Source: Octopus vulgaris (taxonomy: Eukaryota). From it: a DNA stretch of 64,000 bases. The stretch lies in the NCBI GenBank assembly GCA_951406725.2, contig OX597814.1:162750001-162814000 (forward strand). The letters run 5' to 3'. Below the pieces are notes generated by a model. It ran no database searches and was not told the origin of the DNA. It saw only the letters and a program-made list of their open reading frames with translations. The position numbers and the translations under genes were made by a program. Shown in pieces: positions 39,084 to 54,673 of the stretch (position 1 is the stretch's first letter; the number at the start of each line of letters is the position of its first letter).

Positions 39084-39463
39084 TCGCCTTCTCTTGGCCC
39101 TTGTGGTTAATAAAGGAAATTCTTCTTCTTCTTCTTCTTCTTGTGTTGATAATGCTGCTGGTGCTGATGCTGTTGCCACCGTTGCTGTTTTCTCGTTCTC
39201 ATCCTCTTCCATCGCAGCCTCTTTTCCGCCTCAGCTTCTCCACCCGCTTCAACTCCGTCCATTTTGGATTTTGTCGATACAACCAACACATCATTCACCC
39301 TACCACTATAAACACGCATACATCTTCTAATTTCCACGTGTTGTATTCATTCACCGTTCGGGGCTAAAAAGCAGAACCATGCTACAATTAGTTGCCAGTC
39401 AGCCGGCTCCGGCTAAAAGCGAATGTTCTTACAATTACAAGGAAATGGAAAGAAATCCACTAT

Positions 39464-39637
39464 AATCATCATCATCATCACCGTCATTATCATCATCATT
39501 GTCATCATCATTGTCATCGTCATCACACCATCGTCGTCATCGTCTTCTTCTTCTTCTTCTTCTTCTTCTTCTTCTTCTTCTTCTTCTTCTTCTTCTTCTT
39601 CTCCTCCTCCTCCTCTTCCTCTTCCTCTTCGTCTTTT

Positions 39638-39694
<57 letters not shown>

Positions 39695-39702
39695 TATTAT
39701 TA

Positions 39703-39746
<44 letters not shown>

Positions 39747-39898
39747 TATTTATTTACCCCTCGTCTTTGCCTTTATGGTTAATAAAAGAAATTCTTCTTT
39801 TCCTCCTACTACTCCTTCTCCCCCTCTCCCCCTTTCTCTTCTCTATGTTGCTCTTCTTCTTCATCATCTTCTTCTTCTTCTTCTTCTTCTTATTCTTC

Positions 39899-39950
<52 letters not shown>

Positions 39951-39955
39951 CTTCT
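39464..39955. repeat. Cluster of trinucleotide microsatellites (CAT, TTC, TAA, TTA)
   Basis: Direct reading. Confidence 0.95.
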
Positions 39956-40334
39956 TTTTCTTCAGTTACTATTTCTTTTTTTTTTTTGTTTTTGTTGCTC
40001 AAAGAAATTTCCATTTCGTACAAGTCACCTTCCATTCTCCTAAGATATCCTTTCATTCTCCTCGTCTCCTTCTTTACCTTTTCCATGTTGTTAAGTCACA
40101 TTCATTCCCTTAATGTGTACAAGGAAGAGGAAGATGTTTTCATTTCGCTCGCAGAAGCAACAACAGAAAGCATCTTGTACGAATGACAAGTCCACTACGT
40201 ATGTATGTATGTATGTATGTATGTATGTATGTATGTATGTATGTATGTATGTATGCATGTATGCATGTATGTATGTATGTATGTATGTATGTGTGTATGT
40301 GTGTATGTATGCATGTATGCATGTATGTATGTAT

Positions 40335-40375
<41 letters not shown>

Positions 40376-40391
40376 TATCTATATGAATACA

Positions 40392-40424
<33 letters not shown>

Positions 40425-40452
40425 GAATATTTATATGAATACATGCATTCAT

Positions 40453-40483
<31 letters not shown>

Positions 40484-40544
40484 CGTAATTATATATATAT
40501 GTATATTTATATGAATACATACATTCATGTGTGTGTGTGTGTGT

Positions 40545-40593
<49 letters not shown>

Positions 40594-40724
40594 TGTGTGT
40601 GTGTGTTAGTTGGAGAACGTCCAGGCAAATCTGAGCACTTTTAATATTCTGTCTGTTGTTCTCATCTGTTCCGTTCTGTAAATGCAAAGCTACTTTTCGC
40701 TACCAAAAATGATGTCGATGACTA

Positions 40725-40844
40725 CGTCGACGACGACGACGACGACGACGAAGAAGAAGAAGAAGAAGAAGAAGAAGAAGAAGAAGAAGAAGAAGAAGAA
40801 GAAGAAGAAGAAGAAGAAGAAGAAGAAGAAGACAATGATGGTGG

Positions 40845-40882
<38 letters not shown>
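40725..40882. repeat. (GAC)n-(GAA)n-(GAT)n microsatellite
   Basis: Direct reading. Confidence 0.95.
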
Positions 40883-42196
40883 TCATATCGAATTGGCCCT
40901 AGACGATGATGATGCCAACGCCAAAGGACGACGGCGATCACGACTGCAACGACGATAGTAACGACGCTGATAATGTTGAAACGATAAAATCTTACTTCAC
41001 AAATTTGTAAATGCTTTCAATAATTTCAATTACTCGTCGATGCATTTATAAAGAAGAACGAAAAACTGAGTGAATATCTTACTTAATGTCTAATGGTGCA
41101 TTCGCTGAATCTTGCTAAAAGATTTTCGGACTTTGACATGAGGTCATCTATAATTAATGGACAAAGGACACAAAGATTTTATTCACTTATTTACATATCT
41201 ATCTTATTTATTTTCCTGTTTATTTAATACATTTCCGTGATGTGCCCTGTTCGTGAAATTAGACGAATCCACGCTTGTGAATTTAGACGAATCTAAGGCT
41301 ACTCAGATTATATAGGGTGTATTCATTACGCTTTATTTTTGGACACTTCTTCCTTTTCACCAGTCCAGTGTATATCAATTACACGTTTCATGTTACACAT
41401 ACACACACACACACACATATATTTATATCATCCTATGAGACGAGAAAAACCACTGTGATCGTTTGAACTGCTAAACTGAGCAGTCAATTTCTCTTTCAAA
41501 TCATTCATTACCACCTTTAAAATTATTTGTGTATGTGCGCGCGCGCGCGCGTGTGTCTGTGTCTGTGTCTGTGTGTGTGTGTGTGTATGTGTGTGAAACA
41601 AAGAATGGTTGACGGTGTGAGAAAGACAGGAGGTTACGAAACAATAGTGTGTGTGTGTGTGTGAGTATAAAATAAATGAAAAGGTAAACTAGATGAACAC
41701 ATTAGATAGCGTAGTCCTTGATATGCAGTGATATCAGTTCGGATGGTTTCGGTTTGAATGCTTTTTGCTCTTATCTAAGATCGATGAAACTTGACCTTGC
41801 TCAAACGACGACTGAGACAGCGACAACAAAGACAACAAAGACAACAAAGTCCTCGTTCAAATTACTCATTACGGTCATTAAAATGAAATTTTAAAATGTA
41901 AATGTGAACTGGTTGAATACATTATACAGCATAGCCCTTGATATACTGTGGTATCAAGCTGGGTGGTCACGGCTGGAATGCCTTTTGATCATACTTCCTT
42001 TCGATGAAGTCATTTGGTAAAGAAATTCACTTCACAGCAGAGTTTTCAGGTTCAACCCTCCTGGTACCCCTCATACCATATGCTATAATAACCTCGGATC
42101 GACCAAACGTTGTAAACTTTGATAGAATTAAATTCTGCGCAACAGCGTTAAACACACATGCATACATACATACATACATACATACATACATACATA

Positions 42197-42249
<53 letters not shown>

Positions 42250-42267
42250 TATTATTATTATTATTAT

Positions 42268-42475
42268 TGGGAATAGGTAACACACTGAAATATGTAACAC
42301 ACTGCCTAAATACCAATCTTGAGAAATTAGGTTTCTCAAAACCAGAAAAGAGAAAGCTAATTCGAAAACTAAAAATCCAATCCATCACTGGAACTGAAAA
42401 CTTTGTAAAACTTTCCAGAAGTTTGGTTTAAATATGTATGAGCATATGCAATTGTATGCATGGGAATACATACAT
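42268..42475 (+). mobile_element. Extreme 3' end of another RLE-type LINE
   Basis: Translation YVTHCLNTNLEKLGFSKPEKRKLIRKLKIQSITGT resembles RLE LINE C-termini; embedded in microsatellites. Confidence 0.5.
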
Positions 42476-42939
42476 AAATCATAAAAATCTGCACATACAT
42501 ACATGCATGCATACATACATACATACATACATACATACATACATACATGCATACATGCATACATACATACATGCATACATGCATACATACATGCATACAT
42601 ACATACATACATGCATACATGCATACATACATACATGCGATAATACTCTGTTGTTGATGTTTAAATTCCAATGAAGAAGTCTTGGATCTAGGTTAAAAAC
42701 CGGTTCTTTCTTTATTGGCAAGAAATCCTGAAATAAACTGAAATAAATCTGCACATACATACATACATGCATACATACACACATACATACATACATACAT
42801 ACATACATACATACATACATGCACACATACATACATACATACATATATGTGTGTGTATATATATATATATATGTATGTATATGTTTTAAAATTAATGTGT
42901 GTATGTATGTATGTGTGCGTGCGGGTATGTCTTTTGTTT

Positions 42940-43477
42940 TTATTTGTTTCATTTATTGGTCTGCGACCATGCTGAAGCATCGCCTTGAAGGATTTTAGTC
43001 GAACAAATCAACCCCAGTACTTAATTTTTAAGATTACATATTCTATTGATCTCTCTTGCTGAGCTAAGTTACGGTGGCGTAAATAAACCAGCACCGGTTG
43101 TCCAGCGTCGGGAGTGGAGGTCAAACAAACACACACACAAATCAACATATACACATACGCAGACTCATGCACAAAGAACAGGACAACGGGCTTCAACACA
43201 GTTTCGGTCTACCAGGTTCACTCACATGGCATTGGTGGGCGCGGGATTCGTGTGATTGCGAATTGAGCTTTTTAACCACATAGCCGTAAGAGTGGCATTT
43301 TAACCACATAGGCGTAGGAGTGGCTGTGTGGTAAGTAGCTTGCTTACGAACCACATGGTTCCTGGTTCAGTCCCACTGCGTGGCACCTTGGCCAAGTGTC
43401 TTCTACTATAGCCTCGGGCCTACCAAGAGCTTGTGAGTGGATTTGGTAGACGGAAACTGAAAGAAGCCCGTCGTATA

Positions 43478-43518
<41 letters not shown>

Positions 43519-43750
43519 AGTGTGTGTGTGTGTGTGTGTGCGTGTTTGTGTGTGGCGTATGTGTTTTGTGTGTCTGTGTTTGACCCCTCCAACATCGCTT
43601 GACAACCGATGCTAGTGTGTTTACGTTCCCGTAACTTGGCAGTTCGGCAAAAAAGACCGATAGAATAAGTACTAGGCTTACAAAGAATAAGTCCTCCAGA
43701 GGCGGTGCTCCGGCATGGCCACAGTCGAGTGACTGAAACAAGCAAAAAGA
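42940..43750. mobile_element. Head-to-head pair of SINE family B (minus 42940-43285, plus 43311-43750)
   Basis: Family B motifs in both orientations. Confidence 0.85.
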
Positions 43751-45527
43751 GTATAGCCATGCAAGCGCAAGCACACACAGTCAAACGCGTGCGCGCATTT
43801 ACATTAATAGTGTCACTCGTAGTTTCGTTACTAACAATTTCTCAAACGCTTGTAATGAGCACGTGCGCGCGCACATACACACACATTTGCACACATACGT
43901 TTATGTGCAGGTGTGTGTGTATGTGTGTGTGCGTGCGTGCGTGTGTGTGTGTACGTATGCGGGCGAGTGATTTAAGGTGAAATGTGAGCCAAAAAACGGT
44001 AGTCTCCTAATTTTGTCATCGGTAAGTACCTCACTAGTTAAATCGTACAACTCTTCTAGCCTGATGTGTGTAATTTGAAGGTAAATAAAGCTAACCTTCC
44101 AGTTTTACATTCAGATAATATCAGTAGTAATTCTTTAGAGATTTCCCGTGTATTTATGATATATATATATGTTACCGTGAAGTCAAATAGAGCGCATGTT
44201 GGCAACATCGCCTGCGAAACAGATAAATATTATTTATCACATCTGAAAGACCTTATGTAGAGTGTCATTCTCAGGTTAGATACACATGCCTTGATTTATA
44301 CGTTCTGTGGAATGTTGAGTTGTTGTTTTCTTTACTAGCATATCGTTGCCGCAAACAAACCTATTTGGCAACTTACCAATTAAGCTTTGCACTTAGTAAC
44401 TGTAACTAATTAAGTCTGTGTTAGACGCCATTATCATCGAAGTTAACTGAGTAATTGATGTAAAAACGTGGTGTAACATTCGACATTTTCTAGTATTTTA
44501 AGATTCTATTAACCTACTTCCTAATTATTTCAAGCATTATTGAATAACCGATATTTCATCAAGAAATGCATTTTAATTGTCAGTTTCCCGCTAAAATAAT
44601 TCTATATAATGATTTTTTAACTTAGGTGCACAGTTACAAGTTTTGTTTTTGGCTTTTCGTTCTTTTCTTTTCTTTTATTTTTTGTGCGATGTTTATCATC
44701 GACTCAAACGCATATCCACTGCTAGCACTTGACTGGGATTCGGAAGCAAGTTTGTGGCCGCTCTAACTGACAGAAATGGTAGCCAATCATAACATATCCC
44801 TACTGTCTTAGAAGCAGAATACATTAGATAATGTAGTCTTAGTTACTCTATGTCTGAAAATAAGGTTGGAATAGCTTTGACTATTGGTTTGTGCGATCAG
44901 AGTGTCCCAGGGACTACACAGCAACAAAAACTGCAGTGGTTTCTCAACTAGAGCAAGAGATTATAGGAGATTACCAGTTAATATTACTTCAGAATTGTTA
45001 ACAGTGGACAGTTATTATAGAAAAGTAAGCTGAATAAAAATGACCTACGTATTGAACTACAAGCACAAAGGTCTTACATTCAAACCCATCACAGAATTTC
45101 GGGACAGTACAGATGACTTTAGAAAAAAAAAGAAGAAAGCTTAATGGGTCGAGCTATGAAAAATAGATATCAGATCCTTGTTAGAGTGTTACCCAAGAAA
45201 GACGTCATCCTGCTCTTTTAAAGATTTATCTCAGATCAGCGTATCGATGTGTTACCAGTAAACCAGAGCTAAGAACTGGTTTTCAAAATCTCTTCGAGTT
45301 TTAAGGGGCATATTTAGATTTACACACATGTAGAATTCAAGATGATTTGTTGAGTAAAAACCATACTTAATAAATTAGATAGATGTAGAAGTAGTTTTGC
45401 AGCATGCAGCTTTTCGATATAGCCAAAATAAAGCTGAATGCTAGAATGGATTTGAAAAAGATAAAAAGCATTCTTTGGCATAGTCATTTTTATTGAAATA
45501 CAGTGCATCGAGGAACACAATACAGAC

Positions 45528-45558
<31 letters not shown>

Positions 45559-45616
45559 CATACATACATACATACATACATACATACATACATACATACA
45601 TGCATGCATACATACA

Positions 45617-45650
<34 letters not shown>

Positions 45651-46264
45651 CATACATACATGCATACATACAGACATACATACATACATATACACACACA
45701 CACGTGCATACGCACACTCGCAAGCGTATATTGGTTGGTTATTTCTCCAGTCACAAAGAGTAAAAAAAGAGATACTGAGAGAGTTAACGTAAGAGGTGTT
45801 GGATGAGTATATTAGGCTTGGTGGCAGGTAATGTGTTAAGGAGATGCTCACAGTAAGAATCATAGAAATGGAAGAGGAGGAGGAGGAGGTGGAGGTGTAG
45901 GAAGGGGAGGAGGTGGATTAAATGAGTGAGCAGTTATGAGAGGAGTTATGCAAGTGAGGAATTTGTTTTCTGTACAATAACGTACGTATTCATTCATTCA
46001 TTCATTCCCAATACCTTCTGGCAAAGTGGAACGTAAATGTCTGATTGCTATCGATTTTCGTCCACTAAAAACAACAGCGATCAGATACTCACGTCCTAAT
46101 TGAGGATGAGCAGGTAGATTATTGTTTCCATTCTCGCTGTTGTGCGTGCAATTCTTGAATTTATTCATCTATTTCGGAGTCATCAGCACGCATCAGCAAA
46201 TATATTCTTTGCTGACTTCTATGAGCAACATCTTGTATTTTGTTAGATTCACCGGTCTACATAG

Positions 46265-46315
46265 CTTTGACTGAGGAGACACATAATAAGGTCGAAACGT
46301 TGCAGTATCTCAAAG
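46265..46315 (+). ncRNA. Hammerhead-like motif with a weak stem III
   Basis: CUUUGA-CUGAGGA-GAC acauaauaag GUC-GAAA cguugcagua UC/UCAAAG. A more decayed relative lies at 34691-34736. Confidence 0.5.
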
Positions 46316-46479
46316 TCGCCCACTCCTCCAGTGAATCACATGTATTATGAAAATAATTCGTCTAAAAGGCATGTTCTCCGATGGCGAGACGAAAAACAAC
46401 AGTGTTCGTATATTTAAGTCCCAGTCTCCTAGAACGTATTAAGGATGAATAGACACATCGTTGTTATACACACACACAC

Positions 46480-47073
<594 letters not shown>

Positions 47074-48374
47074 CAGATTTCTTTATATGGCGGTGCCCCA
47101 GCATGGCCACAGTGTCTGTGTGTGTGTGTGTATATACATATATATATAATGTAAATAAATAGATCTACTGACTAATCATAATTATCTTAAGCTTCTTTCC
47201 GTTAGAATTTCTGCTCTGTCAAAAGTGTTGTTTTGTTTGAAGTGTAACTCACGCGATAGTAAAACAAAATCAAAAGCAAAAACCTTGCATGTTTTGTTAT
47301 TTCTTTTTGTTTCCAATCAAATATATTTTGACGTCTTGGAAATTAAGAATAGTTATGTTAATTAGCGACCAATCTTTAAACAGCTATTGGTAATATCGCA
47401 AAATAACGCCAAGCCATTTATGACACAACATGAGCATATGTTAATTAGTGCTGTACCTAATTAGATAAAATGGCTATTGCATGTAGCAGATTTATGTTGT
47501 TTTGTTATTAAGATATCATGTAGTATTTTGCTTATTTAGTTGTTGTCCAACCACGTCTATTTGGGAATGCTGCTCTAGATCATTGTAACAAATCAATAGC
47601 TCGTATTTTCGATTGACATTTAAAATCCAAATCCAGTAGTAATTGTTGTATTTTATTACATATATTAAGGACGTCAAGCTGGTATAAACGGGAAAGCACT
47701 GAGCTAAATATTCTTTACAATATTTGAGTTTGTCCTTCGTTCATTTTCAAACTCTCTGACATTTTTTCTTTTGCATATTCTCCTCTTGTATTTTTTATTT
47801 TCCCACTCTGTTTGTAACCCAACAGCACAAGGTTTTACTTTGCTTTCTCTGCAAATTCAATATGGGAGATTTAAGTAAATATTTCTTGTTAGTAAATTAC
47901 TTATGAAGTCGTTCATTGTTTTATTTTCATTGTAGGGAGCCATTTTTTTTTAATCAAAAAGTGTCAGTTTTGTAAATCTACACATAATTCAGCTAAGAAG
48001 CCACCTGGTTGATATTTGGTGCTTTAATGTAATATGGAGACAATGAAAGGAAAGTGTTGCAAGGTTTCATAACGGAAACAAAGAAAAGAATGAGGTCCCT
48101 AATTGTTCATAAAGGTACTTAGAAACCATGTGAAACGTTGAAAATATTAATATCGCATCATCGAAAATATTAATGTTGCAAACTTTAAATGAAAATTCGT
48201 CTCAATATTCACACACACACATGCACACACAAGCACATACGCGCACATAAACATACACCCACAGTCTTATTCTTTGTATATATATGTGTATGTGTGTGCA
48301 TATGCATGTGTATATCTGCAGATTTGTGCTCAAATATAATATACAGTATATACCCATACTCTAACATACATAGG

Positions 48375-48404
48375 TCTATCTATCTATTTATGTATCTATC
48401 TATA

Positions 48405-48445
<41 letters not shown>

Positions 48446-48676
48446 GAATGTCTATCTGTCTGTCTGTCTGTCTGCATGTCTATCTGTCTGTCTCTGTCCG
48501 TCTGTCTTTTTATCTAGCTATCTATCTATCTGTCTGTCTGTCTGTCTGTATATCTATCTATCTGTCTGTCTGTCTATTTATTTATCTATCTATCTGTCTA
48601 TCTGTCTGTCTGTTTATTTGTCTGTCTCTATCTATCTGTCAGTTTGTCTGTCTATCTACCTATCTATCTATCTTTC

Positions 48677-48715
<39 letters not shown>

Positions 48716-48735
48716 TATCTATCTATCTATCTATC
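48375..48735. repeat. (TCTA)n/(TCTG)n/(TC)n microsatellite
   Basis: Direct reading. Confidence 0.95.
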
Positions 48736-49389
48736 TAATGACCGAAACAAATAAAAAATAAGCGGTAAATATTTTGTGTGTATGTGGAGTGTTTGTGTGT
48801 GCTGTGAGTGGGCTAGTATTTCTCAGTTCGGGAATCACAGATATAGACGTTGAGTAGCTTTTCATCCCTACAATCTTTCTGTCTATCATCGTCGGGAATG
48901 TTGCAAGTATGATTTTTTCTACCCTTACTTCTATGGAAGGTGTTCAGACAAGTTTCATTCTATGACTCCACCAGTCCCAGAATTCCCCATCAGATGTTGT
49001 TTTACCAAATTTAGCAAAGTACCTCCGTTTGTCCTCCAAAATTCACCGACAAGCTGCTAATTCTATGTTTTAAGTTTTTTTCCCCTAGAACAGCTGAATT
49101 ATGAAATAAACTATTGTACCATAGTTTTCCTGCAGAATATAGTCTTAATCTTTGTAAATTCAGCATTGACTAATATTTTGCCTTATATTGATGGGTTCTT
49201 AAAATTCAATATTTTCATTGGTTGTTTTATTACCATCTCATTTTCCCTCTATTTATTAGCTCTCTTGATAGCATCTTGAAAATTTTGGCAAGTCCCTTAA
49301 TATCTTGGAGTCGTAGGAGCACTGCAGCCATGTAGCGTATATAGGGCGCGAAAGCTTGGCGGAACCCATCTCTCTCCAGGCCAAACTCA

Positions 49390-49697
49390 TTTATACAGAT
49401 GAGTGGACTGAGGCAACGTGAAATGACGTGCTTTGCTCAAGAACACAGCGGATTGCTCGTTCCAGCGATCGAAACCACAATCTTACGGTCGCGAATCCAA
49501 CACCCGAACCACTAAGAGACTCGCTTCCACTAATGGTACTCATTTCTATAGTTGAGTGTACAGGAGAACATGAAGTGAAGTGTTTTGCTCAAGAATACAA
49601 CGCATTGCCCGGTCCAGGAATCGAAACCACAATCTTACGATCGCGAGTCCAACACCCAAACCATTAATCCACGTGCCTAACCGCTAAGCCACGCGCC
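49390..49697 (-). mobile_element. Two tandem heads of a tRNA-Arg-like SINE (family D)
   Basis: Minus strand: TGGTT.GGGTGTTGGACTCGCGATCGTAAGATTGTGGTTTCGATTCC...TTCTTGAGCAAA.CAC, twice. Confidence 0.78.
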
Positions 49698-50134
49698 GTT
49701 GGCATCTTACCATGTTTTAATGTCATCAGTTCCTTTATTAGTTCATTCGTTAACTTCTCAACATATTTAATTTCAATCTTTACTCAATTATTTTACTGAA
49801 GCCTTTTATTTCCATTTTAAGTATGTGATTTTATGGCATTAATGCCACTCTCCTCTTTCTTCTAATCTTTTCCCAAGAAGTGGCCTTCGAACTTTACTTG
49901 GGAATATTTCAATTAAAAAACAAAAGTATCATTTTATTAACTGTTTTATTCATCAATTTATTTTACTATCTATATATCTATAATGTAACACGTTATAGAT
50001 AGATAGACAGGTAGCAAGCTAGTTAGCGAACTAGAGATAGAGAAACAGTGAGGCAGAGACAAGAAAAGGCCGATGCAAAGTAGCGAAGGATAGACAGAGG
50101 GAAGAAAAGATGAAAACCAGAAAATATATAACAA

Positions 50135-50198
<64 letters not shown>

Positions 50199-51089
50199 TA
50201 TGGAATGTAATGGAGAATAAATCTGATCTCTAGCAGTGCGGTAGAGCTCTGGGCATGTTTCTTTCTTATCAAACGTCATCAACGTCTAAACTTGACTGCA
50301 GCAACTCAGAACAATAGTTCTCAAACGATGTACAGTAGATATGTTTTTAAAATATTTTTTAAGGCTTCAGAGAATCTATACCATTGATTATATATCTATG
50401 CAATAATTTTTTAAATTTCTAACTTCAAAATAGTTTTATTCAAAAATAGTTTTATTCAAATTTGTCATATGAAGTGCGCCAGTAATTATTTTGTTAGATT
50501 TTCTGTGTGATATAAAGTAAAAAAAAAAAAAAGATTGCAAACATTTGGATGATCATAACTAGAGAAAACTACAGGTTTTGGGGTTTTGTTTTCATGTATA
50601 AACACTAAATGGCTGGTATAAAATACTCAGGAAGCCTGCTGTATGAAAAATTAATAGTAAAGTGGGTGCTAGCAAACTGGATGTGAGCCAAGAGATTTTA
50701 ATTGATCAAAATTGCTCATTTGTTGATGAAGTAAAATAATTATTTAAATAATTATTTTTTGTCAGAAAAGTCAGAACTACTCTGAAATTTCAATAAATCA
50801 GAATTAAATATGAAGTAAGATGGGGTGTGAGGTTAATCTTTAGCTGTGCGGTGTCAATTTCAGACGTGTTCCGGTATTATTAGACCTCCTCAATAAAGCA
50901 TGGTTTGACTGATCTATGTATAAGGACAGGACACATTTGATACTGTTGTCTTATATATCCCTAAAAAGATGGGATGGTCATGGCTAGAATGGTTTTAAAG
51001 AGCAACGGCAACAACAAAACTAAAACCAACGAGGACCAACGAGGGAGTCTCTATCCAGTCGCTCGTACTGCTGAGAGTAAGATTCTTTT

Positions 51090-51307
51090 ATTCTTTTACT
51101 TATTTCAGTCATTTGACTGCGGCCATGCTGGAGCACTGCCATTAGTCGAACAAATCGACTCTAGGACTTATTCTTTGTAAACCTAGTCCTTATTCTATCG
51201 GTCACTCTTGCCGAAACAGTTAGGTTTCGAGGACGTAAACACACCGACATCGATGTCAAGCGATGGGGGTGGAGAGAAACACAGACACACAAATACATAC
51301 ATAATAC

Positions 51308-51339
<32 letters not shown>

Positions 51340-51462
51340 ATACGACGGGATTTTTTCGTCTACTAAATACACCCACAAGGTTTTAGTCGTTCCGAGGTTA
51401 TAGTAGAAGACATTTGCCGGAACCACGTGGTTGGGAAGCAAACTTCTTACCACACAGCCATT
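51090..51462 (-). mobile_element. SINE family B, diverged
   Basis: Reverse-complement match to the family B tail, body and head. Confidence 0.82.
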
Positions 51463-51799
51463 CCGTCAAATTTCATTCAACTTACATGGTACGGTCTTGG
51501 GGGAAAGAAAGAAGAAAAAGACACTTCATCTGAATAAAGGATGAGATGGACCCAACTGGAGCGCATTTGATCATAGGTCTGCTAAGTTAACATTGAACTA
51601 GGTCTGAACAGCATCATGAATAACATCGACAGCAGCAATAACAACAACAACAGAAGCAATTTGTTGACGTTTCCTATGATTTTCAGCTTTTAAATTAAGA
51701 GAAGCAAATGAGAACACGTATATCGAAAGAAAGGAAAGACAAAAAGAGATAGGGAAAATGAAAGTGAGAAAATTACAGGAGAGATGGGAAAGAACGAAA

Positions 51800-51871
51800 T
51801 ATAAGAGAGAGAGAGTGAGAGAGAGGGGGGGAGAGAGAGGGGGAGAGAAAGAAAGAAAGAAAGAGAGAGAG

Positions 51872-51902
<31 letters not shown>

Positions 51903-52070
51903 GAAAGAAAGAGAGAGAAAGAAAGAAAGAGTGAGAGAGAAAGATAGAAAGAGAGAGAGAGAGAGAGAAAGAAAGAAAGAAAGAAAGAGAGAGAAAGAAA
52001 GAAAGAAAGAGAGAGAGAAAGAGAGAAGGAGAGAGAGAGAAAGATAGAAAAAGAGAGAGAGAGGAAGGCA
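51800..52070. repeat. (GA)n/(GAAA)n polypurine tract
   Basis: Direct reading. Confidence 0.93.
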
Positions 52071-52500
52071 GATAGTGAAAGGGGCAGATACGAAGAGAGG
52101 TAAAGACAGAATTAAAGTGATAGACAGAGAAATACAGAGAATGAAAAGTTAATGAAATAAAGACAGAGAGAGATAAAGAGTGATTTCTCGTGGGATTTCG
52201 GTAATAGTTTTTAGCCAACGGTCTCCATGGTAATGAGCGTAAAACAATGAATAAAGGAACACTCTGTCCAGTGACAGCACAAATACGACATTATTTCTGG
52301 CTTGAAACTGATACACAAGCTTTGTTTGTGGTTGTATTACTTGACAAATATTAATTTTAATACATCGTATAAATAACACGGCCAAACCTCTCCAACCTGG
52401 ATATCCTTTCTCGAACTGTACATACAGGCTCTCTTCTTTCAAGGGGATATAATTGATTACTCCACCTCTTTCTCCCTCTTTCTTCCCCCCTCTCTCTCTC

Positions 52501-52552
<52 letters not shown>

Positions 52553-52682
52553 TATATGCATGTATGTATGTATATGTATATATATTTGGGGGGGGGGGTG
52601 TATAGGCATATTAGCATGTATCATACTACAGACTCCAGTTACTGATTTTTACGCTCATGGTTTTAATTGTTGTTGGCTTGTC

Positions 52683-52713
<31 letters not shown>

Positions 52714-52824
52714 CACACACACACACTCTCTCTCTCCTTCTCACACACTCTCTCTCTCTCACATGAAAGTACATGCATATGTATGTACGTATATATGTGC
52801 TTGCGCGCATGTGTGTATGTTTCC

Positions 52825-52872
<48 letters not shown>

Positions 52873-52913
52873 CATATATAAAAATAGACATACATTGACA
52901 TACACGCTTACAC

Positions 52914-52949
<36 letters not shown>

Positions 52950-53463
52950 GCATACATACACACTAACACGGACGTACGCAATTATATGTGTGTGAGTGTA
53001 TGTGTATGTGTGCGTGTATGTCTATGTATGTTAACATATGCCTCACACACACACACACAAACACACACACACATATATATATATATATCCTCCCGTCCTA
53101 CCTTCCTCTCGTTATCACTTTTTTCTCTTTTCGTTTACATTTTCAATTCACACACACACACACACCCATACATATGTACATACGTACGTACGCACATGCG
53201 TGCACAAAGCCAAACACTAACATGGGATATCTTAATGTTTGTTTGTGATTGTGAGTATAAAATTTCCTGAATTTCTGTCGTACTATCTATCAAAGGTGAA
53301 AGTCTGATGACACAGATCAGCCACATCCATGACGTCACAGAAAGCTATGAATCGCTTACTGAGAAAGATAGAGAGACAGAGAGAGGTGTTGAGAGAGAAA
53401 AATGAGGAGGGAGAGATGGGGACGGAGAGAGAGAATATATATATGTATATATACGTACATATA

Positions 53464-53509
<46 letters not shown>

Positions 53510-53862
53510 GCACACACATATACATACATATATACATACGTACTTACGTGTAAATACACACATACATACACTTAAATACACACTTACACACACATATATA
53601 TAATGCTAATCTTGTGAAAAATGGGGAGGTTGAGAAATACTTTTTTATTGTGTATCTCTGTATTGTGTATGTGTGTGTGTGTGTGTGTGTATGTATGTGT
53701 GTGTGTACTTGATAAAAACCTAGGAAGATAGAACGATATAGGAGTTGATTTTATACATAATGACATATCTATATTCCCATTTTCGTTCTTTATTCTCCTT
53801 GTATTTATGTGCTATTTCATACATTAATCTTAACCTGAAAATTTGAAATCCCACTAAACCAA

Positions 53863-53893
<31 letters not shown>

Positions 53894-54610
53894 AATAGTG
53901 ATAATGATGTTGATGACGACGACGACGACGATGATGATAATGATAATGGTGATAATAAATATAAAAAAAATTTCTGTAAACATAGAAGAACACTTACAAA
54001 CAAAAAAAAACATAACACTCCATAAATAGGGTCCTGGCGTAGCATATAATTTCTAAAATATTCATAAAAATATTACCTGAAGATCCGAAAGGTGAAGTTC
54101 AGATTAATAACAGTGAAGCTCTAGTTTCTAATAAACATTATAAACATATTTCACTTGCTGTTCTATCTTTACAGAAAGATTCCCAGCAGATAAACTCTGT
54201 AATATGATATTCTGCGATTGACAAAGAGAAGGAGAAAAAATTCAAAGTTCAAAGAGAGATGAAGTTTAAAATATGACATTTCATACATCAAGGGGAAACT
54301 AGTGAATTTTTCAATCTTTTATTTGTCTATATTATTTATTTAGCTAGTTATATTCTTTATTTTTATTATTTTAAAAACTATTCTGGGCTTCGTAGCCATA
54401 TTGGTCCGTCCACGTCTGCCATCTCTCGTTACTCTCGACGTTTTTGTTTAATATGATAGATGAGAAAAGACTGCAACTCTCTTCCATTTTTCTGAAGGAG
54501 AAAAATGTTGTAAATGGTCCTATTCCTACGATCCTCACATAGTACAATGAAATCGATTCTGAGAGAAAGAGTGAGCGAGCGAGAGAGAAACAGAGAAATA
54601 GAGAGAGAGG

Positions 54611-54673
<63 letters not shown>

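Noticed and set aside
38742-40186. ORFs of 150-260 aa with homopolymeric runs
   Set aside because: Built from trinucleotide repeats and SINE fragments; no domain-like sequence.
54076-54105. CTGAAGA-TCCGAAAGGT-GAAG motif
   Set aside because: Lacks GAAA in the right position and has no stem I or stem III.
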